NCBI GenBank assembly: GCA_044426085.1
Contig: JAWXUU010000011.1
Coordinates: 3,069-67,068, forward strand
DNA: 64,000 bases
Direction of reading: 5' to 3'
Source: Bacillota bacterium
GTDB lineage: Bacteria; Bacillota; Clostridia; Christensenellales; CAMQZB01
The number at the start of each line of letters is the position of its first letter. The stretch's first letter is position 1. Under the pieces are notes generated by a model. That model was not told the DNA's origin. It was given only the letters and a program-made list of their open reading frames with translations, and ran no database searches. Of this stretch, positions 52,897 through 61,802 are shown one piece after another. Both the position numbers and the translations under genes were made by a program.

Positions 52897-53180
52897 ATTT
52901 TGAGCCTAGCTCTGTGTTTGTTTAATATGAAAGTTTATCGCTTTTTCAGGGACCGTTTCGTCGCCTTATGCCACCAATAGAACTGAATTTGTAAAATTAT
53001 CAAGAAATCGCACAAACGATAATAAAAAAATTTATTGAAGTAAAACGAAAAGAAAATTTTTTATGATTCTTTAGAATTTGAAAAATTATGTTATATTCAG
53101 AGTGGCTTGGGGACGAAATGGCTGAAAAACGATAAACATAAAATAAGCACAGCTCAAATTTAAAATGAAAATGAAAACAC
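52897..53180. repeat. About 285-bp element with about 70-bp imperfect terminal inverted repeats
   Basis: The left arm ..TTTATCGCTTTTTCAGGGACCGTTTCGTCGCC pairs with the right arm GGGGACGAAATGGCTGAAAAACGATAAACATAAAATAAGCACAGC.. A solo copy of the right arm lies at 61553-61632. Confidence 0.6.
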
Positions 53181-53238
53181 TAAATGAATACCAACGTAGT
53201 TGGCTAAAATAAAAAATAGCGATAATAATCGCTATTTT

Positions 53239-53730
53239 TTATTTTAAATATTGTAAGTTATCTTCTTGCATTTGTGTAGTTAAATCTATAAAGGTCTTCT
53301 TCTTTTTGATTGCGTATTCAAATGTATTAAAAGCGCCACCGCCAGTTCGTGTGACGTAGGTTATGACATAATCTGAATTATCAACCATCCATTGGTTGCG
53401 CTTAATTATGGCGAAACGAGGCATAACTTCAGTTTCAAAAGGATAGATTGTGTATGCATTATATTTTTCTAATTGATATTCATAATGATTCAGGTGAGAT
53501 TGTGTAATATAGGGGACGACAACAATATTTTGAATGCTAGAAAATTCTTTTTGCACGTCAAAAACAGCGGAAAGCGCCAATGTATCAAACTCGCCGTATC
53601 CACCAGAATAAAACGTTGTCACGCCAAGGCATGCCAAGTGACGAACTTCGTCCACTAATTTTTTATACAATAATTTATCGTTATAAATATGTTTGTGTCC
53701 GCAAAATGTGCATTTCATATTTGTCTCCAT
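53239..53730 (-). CDS. SLOG-superfamily protein (DUF1273/YpsA-like)
   Basis: CTFCGHKH near the N-terminus, YSGGYGEFDTLA, RNQWMVDNSDYVITYV..GGGAFNTFEYA. This pattern is typical of DUF1273. Confidence 0.6.
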   Translation of the reverse strand: METNMKCTFCGHKHIYNDKLLYKKLVDEVRHLACLGVTTFYSGGYGEFDTLALSAVFDVQKEFSSIQNIVVVPYITQSHLNHYEYQLEKYNAYTIYPFETEVMPRFAIIKRNQWMVDNSDYVITYVTRTGGGAFNTFEYAIKKKKTFIDLTTQMQEDNLQYLK

Positions 53731-53845
53731 GTGCTTTTTTGATTAATTATAAACTAATTTTTATATTTCCGCAACAGCGGAAATATAAATTTGCGTAATT
53801 TCATATAATAAATTTACGCAGCAACGGAAATTTAGGGGGTATAGC

Positions 53846-54085
53846 ATGAAATTAAATGCAGCGATTGCAAAAAGAGTTATAGAATTAAAAGAAGAAAGTG
53901 GATTAAATCTATATGCGTTTGGCAAGCTAGTTGGTGTTGCTAGTTCAACACTAGATGATGTAATAAAATGTAAAAATGATACTGTCAAAATAAGAATCAT
54001 TTTTGAAATTACTCAAGGGTTAAATATATCTTTAAAAGAATTTTTCGATAGACCATACTTCGATAAAGAAAATCTAATAGACTAA
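53846..54085 (+). CDS. XRE-family HTH protein (1 of 3 in tandem)
   Basis: MKLNAAIAKRVIELKEESGLNLYAFGKLVGVASSTLDDVIK.. 79 aa. GGGGG RBS. Confidence 0.7.
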   Translation: MKLNAAIAKRVIELKEESGLNLYAFGKLVGVASSTLDDVIKCKNDTVKIRIIFEITQGLNISLKEFFDRPYFDKENLID

Positions 54086-54108
54086 TGCCTATATAAGAGG
54101 TGGATATT

Positions 54109-54315
54109 ATGAAATTTAGTGAAAGATTGAAAGAATTGCGACAAGAACGAAATTTAACAACAACATCGCTAGGAAAAGAAATTGGTGTAAGCAATTCAAC
54201 TATATCAAGATGGGAAAACGAAGAAATTGTGCCAACCATTATTTATTTGTATAAACTAGCTGTATTTTTGAAGTTAGTGCAGATTTTTTTGATTGGCTTA
54301 AGTGATGAAATTTGA
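54109..54315 (+). CDS. XRE-family HTH protein (2 of 3)
   Basis: MKFSERLKELRQERNLTTTSLGKEIGVSNSTISRWENEE.. GAGG before ATG 54109. Confidence 0.7.
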   Translation: MKFSERLKELRQERNLTTTSLGKEIGVSNSTISRWENEEIVPTIIYLYKLAVFLKLVQIFLIGLSDEI

Positions 54316-54332
54316 TTTTTTAGAGGAATAAT

Positions 54333-54575
54333 ATGAAACTTACAACAGCTGTCAGCAAGCGAATAAGAGAACTTTTGAATGAAAGAGGCATGACTCAATA
54401 TCAGCTTTATAAAAAATCAGGCGTGCCACAATCTACAATAAGCACAATATTATCAGAAAAAGACAAAACATCAAAATTGTTGACAATAGCGCAAATTGCA
54501 CAAGGCTTTGATATGGGGCTGGAAGAATTCTTTGCAAGTGCAAATTTCTCTTTTACGGAGTTAGATGTTGAATAG
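54333..54575 (+). CDS. XRE-family HTH protein (3 of 3)
   Basis: MKLTTAVSKRIRELLNERGMTQYQLYKKSGVPQSTISTILSEKD.. 80 aa. Confidence 0.7.
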   Translation: MKLTTAVSKRIRELLNERGMTQYQLYKKSGVPQSTISTILSEKDKTSKLLTIAQIAQGFDMGLEEFFASANFSFTELDVE

Positions 54576-54667
54576 ATTGATGAAAACTTTTCATTGACTA
54601 TTGTGGTGTGTTAGAATGAAATAAATAAAAATGCAATTCTTGTATTGCATTATACAGGGGAAATTTA

Positions 54668-55456
54668 ATGGAACGCATAAATTACGCTATTGATAATATA
54701 TTGGAACATGTTCACGAATCTAGCGGGATAGATAATACTAAATCATTAGGGTTAAAATTTGAATGGTTAAATACAAGAGAGAATAACTATAGATTTGAGG
54801 ATGTAGATAATTTAATATTATATTATTATGATTCAATTATAGTCAAAACATTGTTTTTAACCAGCGGCTTTAATGAGGGTATATTTTTATGTAAAGCTAA
54901 CGACAAAAAAGAAATTTGTCTAAAAAAAGAAATTTGTCTAAAAAAATGGATTTGTCTAAAAAAAAGGATTTTTCTAAAAAACGAAATTGATCTAAAAAAG
55001 GGGATTTGCCTAGAGAAGAGATTCATTATAAAAACGACAAGAGCGTTAAGGAAAATGTATTTACTATTGCAGTATGCAGAGGCATCAATCAAGGAGTTGA
55101 TAGATAGCAATAGCAAACAATGTACGGTAGGTGATTTCTTTAAGAGATATGATTTAACTGAGGATATACTTGATAGTAAGACTAATCTGAGTAATGAATA
55201 TTTATTTTCTAAGTCCTCACGGAGCACAGATAAAGATAAGTATAATTATTATTTATCCAATGTTTATAAAACAGTAATTTTTTTAGAGAATTTTTATTTA
55301 GAAGTAGGTGAGGGTAAAAAGAAATCTTTCAGTGAGTTTTTATGTTATGACTTATCTGAGCTAGATAAAATAATCGAAGAGGGCATAGAGTTATTTATCA
55401 AGTTAAATGAAAATTTCACTAATTATTTATTGGAGCAAGAATTATATGAGTTGTAA
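54668..55456 (+). CDS. Hypothetical protein with internal hexapeptide tandem repeat
   Basis: 262 aa. KKEICL KKEICL KKWICL KKRIFL KNEIDL KKGICL. Its stop overlaps the start of the next gene. Confidence 0.55.
   Translation: MERINYAIDNILEHVHESSGIDNTKSLGLKFEWLNTRENNYRFEDVDNLILYYYDSIIVKTLFLTSGFNEGIFLCKANDKKEICLKKEICLKKWICLKKRIFLKNEIDLKKGICLEKRFIIKTTRALRKMYLLLQYAEASIKELIDSNSKQCTVGDFFKRYDLTEDILDSKTNLSNEYLFSKSSRSTDKDKYNYYLSNVYKTVIFLENFYLEVGEGKKKSFSEFLCYDLSELDKIIEEGIELFIKLNENFTNYLLEQELYEL
54905..55030 (+). repeat. 18-bp tandem repeat (6-7 copies) inside the CDS
   Basis: AAAAAAGAAATTTGTCTA x2, followed by progressively diverged copies, in frame. Confidence 0.85.
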
Positions 55457-55958
55457 GAAGGAATTGAATGGATTAATTAAGGCATTTGAAAAAAGTAAAA
55501 TCAAGGTAAATTCCAAAGCAAATAAATGTGTGGGTTTCGGAATAAATACTGGAGGCAGGTATTTCCTTTCATTAAGTGGAGTAAAAGGAGATTATATTGG
55601 GAATACATTTCCTGCATGGAAATATAATCATTCTTCAAATTTTGCACTAGTTCAAAAGGAGCTTGTTTCATTTTTTAATAAAGCTGGAAGAAGAAGGGTT
55701 GTCGTAGCGCATTTAACAGACAAGTGTGAAACGGACTACAGCGCGTGGAGATCAAATTGTAAAATAATAAGATGTGATATGGTTGATTTTAATTATCAAT
55801 ATCCAAACAGTGCGGAAATTTCAAGATTATTTTCTTGTGTTGAACGCAAAATATTATCGGGAAGTACACCTTGTCGAATACGTAAAATTTATGTTAGTAA
55901 AGAACCATGTATGTTGTGTAAAGGTTTTTTGAAAAAGGTAGATATCATTAATAAATAA
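55446..55958 (+). CDS. Deaminase-fold protein (CxE ... PCxxC zinc motif)
   Basis: 170 aa from ATG 55446 (track ORF opens at 55407). FSCVERKIL...SKEPCMLCKGFL matches the [HC]xE / PCxxC signature of the cytidine/nucleic-acid deaminase superfamily. The gene is translationally coupled to the upstream gene. Confidence 0.55.
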   Translation: MSCKKELNGLIKAFEKSKIKVNSKANKCVGFGINTGGRYFLSLSGVKGDYIGNTFPAWKYNHSSNFALVQKELVSFFNKAGRRRVVVAHLTDKCETDYSAWRSNCKIIRCDMVDFNYQYPNSAEISRLFSCVERKILSGSTPCRIRKIYVSKEPCMLCKGFLKKVDIINK

Positions 55959-57014
55959 GTAACAAATAGTTAGGGATAAAAAAATATCGTGAAAGGTGAC
56001 ACTTGTGTTTTTCGGTGATTACGATGTGAGTGGCGTTATCTAATATTGATTGGATAAAGGATTTAAATAAAGACTTTTAAGCATCAAAAGACACCTTGCG
56101 TCGTCACTTTTCGTGGTTATAATGACTTTATAAAACAAAGGTGGATAATTTATGGCATATTCAAGGTGTCAAGGGCTTTCTTCTATGGTGTTTGACAAAA
56201 TCATTGGTGATACGATTGATGCGGTGAAAGTGCAAAGTGATTCTTTAATCAACCTATTGAATTTTTCAGCAAGCAGGATTTAAACACAACGATAAGAGTG
56301 AGGTAAGCGAGCCTATTTATAGCAACCATCCAGCACAGTTCGATGACACGTAGCTTAAGGTTGCAGCTCTCATAATGTATCCAATTTAATTCATCTGAAA
56401 TGCGACAATAGGTATCAAGCATAATAGAAAGCATTTCGAAGTTTGTTCCTATAATTATATTTATTTAAAACTTATTTTTTTGCGGGTCATGTAAATGATA
56501 GTGTATATTTCCATTGTTGTTGATATACTGGAATGTCATAAACGGTCTTGCACGGAGGAGCGGACTATCTGCTTCGCTAGAAAGGAGATTAGTGGCAAAT
56601 GTGTAGCAATGATTTAGTTTTTATACCAGCAAGTTTAAGGTTGTTTTGGAAGATGTTCTCTATGATGTAAATAGAATGGGGATCACATAAAAACCTCCAC
56701 GTTTTTTGTTAGGTTTTTTTCTCAATATGCTCAAAAATACTTATAACAAATTAATTCTGTCTAGTAAAAGAACTTTAATATGTTATATTTTTAGACTTAA
56801 GATTAAATTTTATAAGAATATTTAGCTGCAATTCGTAAATATTTGTAATATTAAATTATGGATGAAAATTTTAAAATAAATATTTTTTATAAATAAAAAG
56901 CCAAAAATAAATATTGATTTTTATATTGTTGTATGTTATGCTTGTGTTATATAATTTTATTAATATAGTAGAAAATAATACTTAATAAAAATTATAAAAG
57001 AGAGGAAGTCATGT

Positions 57015-57296
57015 ATGTTAAATGGGTTTAAGACTGGTTTGGTAATATTTATTTCAATAATTTTAGCAATAGTATGTGAGGTAGTTTCAAAATCGTATGC
57101 GTTTTTATACTTTGAACAATCGCATTATAATAATATTATGATTGCATTGTTCTCTGGTTTAATAGTGCTAGGATTGTTTGGTGGAACTGTTATTCAGATT
57201 GCATCTAATGGAACGTTAAATATGTTTGGATATAAAAGTAATTTTATTGTATATGATATACCTATGGCACTCAAATTTTTTAGTTTAAGTCATTAA
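57015..57296 (+). CDS. Small multi-pass membrane protein
   Basis: 93 aa, three hydrophobic helices. GAGG RBS. First gene of a five-gene operon. Confidence 0.55.
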   Translation: MLNGFKTGLVIFISIILAIVCEVVSKSYAFLYFEQSHYNNIMIALFSGLIVLGLFGGTVIQIASNGTLNMFGYKSNFIVYDIPMALKFFSLSH

Positions 57297-57316
57297 TAAG
57301 TTCACAAGCTATATTT

Positions 57317-57532
57317 ATGTTATTAGGTTTTGTATTTTTGCTTTTGCAGTGGTTTAATGCTATTGCAATGATTTTCTTTATATCAATAACGACTACCTTA
57401 TGTATCATAGGAACGTCAATCAAAATTTTGAAATGCAATGGTTTTGTAATTAACAGAAGTGCAGATTATTTTGATAAAAAAATTGATAAATTGTTAAAAA
57501 AATGTAAGAATAAGCAAGATGGTGAACAATGA
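57317..57532 (+). CDS. Small membrane protein
   Basis: 71 aa, two helices. Its stop overlaps the next start (ATGA). Confidence 0.5.
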   Translation: MLLGFVFLLLQWFNAIAMIFFISITTTLCIIGTSIKILKCNGFVINRSADYFDKKIDKLLKKCKNKQDGEQ

Positions 57533-58572
57533 AAAATTTAGATAGAAATAAAAAAGGAATTAAAAAGTATAAAGCACAAGTTTCAGTTATGATCGAGAAT
57601 TTTTTGGTAGACTGTATTGGATATATGCATGGTAGAAATGAGTATAAATATGATTATTTATATGAAAAATATTTCGAACAATATAAGTTATTGCATAATA
57701 AACAAATTGAAATGTTTATGTATTTTGTAGATAAAGTTCTTTGTAAAAAAATTGAATCTAGTGAGGATGAAGAAGCTAATATAGAATTATTTAAACAATT
57801 ATTTTTAAATGATGAAATTGTAAAGACTAGTAACGTATATGTTCAAAACAACAACTGTCATTCATTGCAAGTGTTAATTAGAAAAACCAAAAAATGTACA
57901 TCCGAGTTATATTACTTAATACTAGATTATGTTAAAGTATACGAACTAGAAAGAAAAAGCGGTATGACATTAAATGAAAATTTGTATATTCAATCGTATA
58001 AGAACAATAATTTAAAATTTATCGAAAACGAATTTATAAAGTCAATTGATAGTCAAGAAGGACTTGAATTATTCAAATTCATGATTAAAGTTTTGTGTGA
58101 GAATGCCGATAATAGATTAGCTTCCGTTTTGAGAAAAATGAGATGGGAATCTTCTATAAGAAACTCTGGAGACTTACATGTAGAATTGCTAATTTATTTT
58201 AATTACTTTTGTAATAATATTATAGTACCAGAATCAATAAAAGATGAAGTTAGGAATATCTTAAATTTTAACGCATATGGGGAAAACTCCTTTTTAGAAT
58301 ATATGAAAAGTTATCCATCATCTAGTTTAAAAATAGGAGCTAATTTAGAAGATATGGAGAATACGCAATATAGATTAGATGGACTTGCGTATAGAATTGT
58401 ATTGACACATGAATACGTTTCAAAATATAAGGTTTATTTTGCGATTATTAATAATATATCTAATTTGGATTTTCATAGTGTTAAACGTAATGCATTGTCG
58501 AGTCTTGTGCAGATGTTTAATGATGAACAGCTTGATGTAGCTCATATGGAAGAATGTAAAAAATTTGCTTAA
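57529..58572 (+). CDS. Hypothetical helical protein
   Basis: 347 aa. No recognisable motif. Translationally coupled to the upstream gene. Confidence 0.55.
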   Translation: MKNLDRNKKGIKKYKAQVSVMIENFLVDCIGYMHGRNEYKYDYLYEKYFEQYKLLHNKQIEMFMYFVDKVLCKKIESSEDEEANIELFKQLFLNDEIVKTSNVYVQNNNCHSLQVLIRKTKKCTSELYYLILDYVKVYELERKSGMTLNENLYIQSYKNNNLKFIENEFIKSIDSQEGLELFKFMIKVLCENADNRLASVLRKMRWESSIRNSGDLHVELLIYFNYFCNNIIVPESIKDEVRNILNFNAYGENSFLEYMKSYPSSSLKIGANLEDMENTQYRLDGLAYRIVLTHEYVSKYKVYFAIINNISNLDFHSVKRNALSSLVQMFNDEQLDVAHMEECKKFA

Positions 58573-58599
58573 TTTTATCATGGAACATGTATTGATTCA

Positions 58600-59022
58600 A
58601 TGGAAATAAATGTTAGCTTTCTGGGAGGTCTTAAAAATGTATATTGGAAAGAAGAGAAAAAAGCAATAAATACATTTGCTGAACCTTTTTTTGAGAATAT
58701 TTATGGAAACTTACAAAATATGTTTGACTCAAAATCAGAATGCGAAATCTATGAAAAATCTGTTTGTTTACCAAACAATAAAAATGCTGATATGGCTTTT
58801 AAAATGCTCACGGAACAATTTAGCAACGTGAATGTGGTGGGAATTAGAAAACTAGAAGATTCAGATTGTAGTCAAAAGTATGTCAAACTAGAACAGGATA
58901 AAGTATTGTTACCTACTGTAAATGGCATAAAAGTCGAAGTTTCTGAAAAAGAAGCCATTGAGTATCTAAAAAATAAATATATCATTGTGGTGTTGGCAGA
59001 AAGAGCAAGTAAACAAGACTAA
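58600..59022 (+). CDS. Hypothetical protein
   Basis: 140 aa. No recognisable motif. Confidence 0.5.
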   Translation: MEINVSFLGGLKNVYWKEEKKAINTFAEPFFENIYGNLQNMFDSKSECEIYEKSVCLPNNKNADMAFKMLTEQFSNVNVVGIRKLEDSDCSQKYVKLEQDKVLLPTVNGIKVEVSEKEAIEYLKNKYIIVVLAERASKQD

Positions 59023-59086
59023 TATATATGGATAAGAAAATTATTAAATGATAAAATGAAAATATAATTAATTAAGAAGGCGAAAA

Positions 59087-60838
59087 ATGAAGAAAAATGA
59101 TTCAATACAAACGGAAAAATTTGTATACAAATTAATTAAACAAATAGGAGAAGGTGGGAATAGTTATGTTTGGAAAGCTAAAATAGTAAATAAAAATAAA
59201 GATGTAGAAGACAATAGAATAGTAGCTATTAAATGTCTAAAGTATAAGGAAAATAAATCTACAAAGATTAGCAGATTTAAACAAGAAATTAAATTTTGCA
59301 TAAAAAACAATCACGATAATATTATTTCAATAATAGATCAGGGTGAGGTTGAGGATGTGTTTTTTTATGTTATGCCTATATATGAAACAACATTAAGAAC
59401 TATAGTGAATAATAGGCAAGCTTATTTGTTAAAACAAAAATTTGATTATATTATTAAAATTTGCGAAGGAATAAAATTTATTCATGATAAAAACATAATT
59501 CATAGAGATTTAAAACCAGAAAATATTTTAATTAATCAAGAATCAATAGTGCTATGTGATTTTGGGATTGCGCATTTTGAAGATTCAATTTTGACTGTTG
59601 AAGAAGATTTGTTGGCTAATAGAGCGTATGCTTCTCCTGAACAAAAAGGAGTAGGAAAAGCGAAAGAAATTACTTCAGCGACAGATATCTTTTCTTTAGC
59701 TTGCATCATCAATGAGTTGGTTACAGGTTGTAATCCTGCAGGTAAAAACTTCGTTAAAATAGGTGATGTGGTGCCTTTTCTTTATCCTTTAGACGATTTG
59801 ATTGGACAGTGCTTGGACTACAATCCAAATAAAAGGCCATCTATAGATATTCTTTTATTGAAGATAAAATTGTTTTTAGGGAAAATAAATAGCGACATGC
59901 AAGAAATTGTATCACTTAATACAATTGGTAAAACAACACTAAGTGAAAAAGAAAAAGATATTATAAATCAGTCTGGCGAGGATATTTTGACAGCGAAGCA
60001 ATTTTTTGAAAACAAGAGTAATGAATTTCTTGAAAAATTGAATTTTAATTATCATTGTAATATTCATTATCAAATAGATGAATATTTAAAGAAAATTTAT
60101 TTTCAGAAGACATTATTAGATATTTGCATAAAAAAATTCGAATACGAAAGCCATGTGTATACTGATGGTAAACCTTATATATCGTTAGATTTAAATAAAG
60201 AAGAAGATTTGGAACGATATAATAGATTGAAGCAAGTTTTATCTAGATATAAGTTAAAGAATTTGGCATGGAAAGGAATAGAAGGAAGTATAAACAAGCA
60301 CTTTTTGTCATGTTGTGACTATCACTGTGATGAAATTTTGGATAAAATTAAGACAATAGAAAATGAAATTTCTGAATTAGAGGATGCTCCAATTTTGTAT
60401 ATTGTTATGAAATTTAGAGATAATGCGATTTCTAATTTATTTGAAGCGAAAGAGGCACAGTTAGATCATCATGTATTCGTTAATTGGGACAAAACATTAA
60501 ATGGATTTAGTTATCCGCAAGAGAATATGTATTATAAAGAACCAATGGAGAAATTACTTGCAATTTTGGAAGAGTTTAAGTTGAAATGGGGCATTATATT
60601 CCAGCAGGTTGGAATAAATGAATTTACTATAATGTTTCAAGCAAAAAGTAGCTATGATGATTTTGTAAAATTCTCGATAGATACTGCAAAAGGATATTAT
60701 ATTTTTGAAGGAGATGTTTTGGATATCTTAAGAGTTGAAAATGAGTATGATGGAATTGTTCAAGTAAAAAATTTTAATACATTTGATATAACAAACACGT
60801 TAGCAAAAATTTTAAAAATTAGAAAGATTAATGAGTGA
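59087..60838 (+). CDS. Hanks-type Ser/Thr protein kinase with about 300-aa unknown C-terminal domain
   Basis: GEGGNSYVWKA (G-loop), VAIK, HRDLKPENIL, DFGIA, ASPEQ. No TM or PASTA. The C-terminal half is unassigned. Confidence 0.8.
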   Translation: MKKNDSIQTEKFVYKLIKQIGEGGNSYVWKAKIVNKNKDVEDNRIVAIKCLKYKENKSTKISRFKQEIKFCIKNNHDNIISIIDQGEVEDVFFYVMPIYETTLRTIVNNRQAYLLKQKFDYIIKICEGIKFIHDKNIIHRDLKPENILINQESIVLCDFGIAHFEDSILTVEEDLLANRAYASPEQKGVGKAKEITSATDIFSLACIINELVTGCNPAGKNFVKIGDVVPFLYPLDDLIGQCLDYNPNKRPSIDILLLKIKLFLGKINSDMQEIVSLNTIGKTTLSEKEKDIINQSGEDILTAKQFFENKSNEFLEKLNFNYHCNIHYQIDEYLKKIYFQKTLLDICIKKFEYESHVYTDGKPYISLDLNKEEDLERYNRLKQVLSRYKLKNLAWKGIEGSINKHFLSCCDYHCDEILDKIKTIENEISELEDAPILYIVMKFRDNAISNLFEAKEAQLDHHVFVNWDKTLNGFSYPQENMYYKEPMEKLLAILEEFKLKWGIIFQQVGINEFTIMFQAKSSYDDFVKFSIDTAKGYYIFEGDVLDILRVENEYDGIVQVKNFNTFDITNTLAKILKIRKINE

Positions 60839-60954
60839 AAGTTGTAAGTATGATTAATCTTGTGATTTTGAAATACAAATTAACTGCTAAGGAAAAATAG
60901 GAATGTGTAATATATACTTCTCATGTTTGTTATTTTTTTATGCAACGAGTACTC

Positions 60955-60989
60955 AAAAGGCATAGGTACCCAGTACCTGTGCCTTTTTT
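60955..60989 (+). terminator. Rho-independent terminator
   Basis: AGGCATAGGTAC-CCA-GTACCTGTGCCT followed by TTTTTT. Confidence 0.7.
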
Positions 60990-61220
60990 ATATCCATAAT
61001 CACAAGAAACGGAAATTTGGATTCCATATTAGCACCGTTATAAACAATGTATTTGTTTTAAGTGTATCTGGTAAATATTGCGGTGGTGTTACGTGCTAGC
61101 TTGCTGCGGAGTTTATTCGTAGTTTCTGTTTAAAATCCTATGTTGGCACAAAACAAAATACTTATTTACAAAGTTAATGTAAAATGGTATAATGATAATA
61201 TCAATATAAACTGAGGTGTA

Positions 61221-61552
61221 ATGTCAAAATAGCGATTGTTGATGACAAAAATTATATATAGATAAGATTTGGTCAGAACTTGAAATAATCTTTAGCGATG
61301 AATCTAAACACATGCATATTGACACTTAGAGCAATGGTCATGATATACTCTTGGAAGATAAGTTTAAAGAATACAGTATAATTTTACTTGACATTGATAT
61401 GCCAAGTATTGATGGCTTTGCAGTGGCTAATGAAATAAGAACTAGAAATAAAGATATCATCTTTTATCACAAACAGAGATGATAAAGTTTGTGCTTCTTT
61501 CAAGTTTAAGCTATTCAGATTCATTTGTAAATTACATCTTAAAAATGAGTTA
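61221..61552 (+). pseudogene. Decayed response-regulator receiver domain
   Basis: GAGGTG RBS, MSKIAIVDDKNYI* followed by out-of-frame pieces ..IILLDIDMPSIDGFAVANEIRTRNKDII.. and ..FITNRDDKVCASFKFKLFRFICK.. There are several stops and frameshifts. No output domain is present. It ends at a repeat copy. Confidence 0.7.
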
Positions 61553-61632
61553 GGCGAAATGGATCAAAAAACGATAAACATAAAATAAGCACAGCGCAGT
61601 TCGAAAAGAAAATGAAAACGCCATATGAATCG
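61553..61632. repeat. Solo copy of the right arm of the 52897-53180 element
   Basis: GGCGAAATGGATCAAAAAACGATAAACATAAAATAAGCACAGCGCAG..GAAAATGAAAAC aligns with 53110-53185. Confidence 0.65.
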
Positions 61633-61802
61633 TTGAGTATCTGATTGTGGTCACGCAGTTTATGTGTGAGTGTGGTATTTTAACGTTGTGCATTTCTACA
61701 ATGGTACCTATTTAATATATAATTTTTACAAAAATTTTCATAATGTATTGCCTTTTTTTGCAATTACATGTTAAACTTTTTATCAAAATAGGAGAATAAA
61801 AA

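Noticed and set aside
54826-55227. 133-aa minus-strand ORF across the 18-bp tandem repeat.
   Set aside because: It is the antisense reading of the repeat (FFRQISFFRQI..). The plus-strand gene has an SD and is translationally coupled to the next gene.
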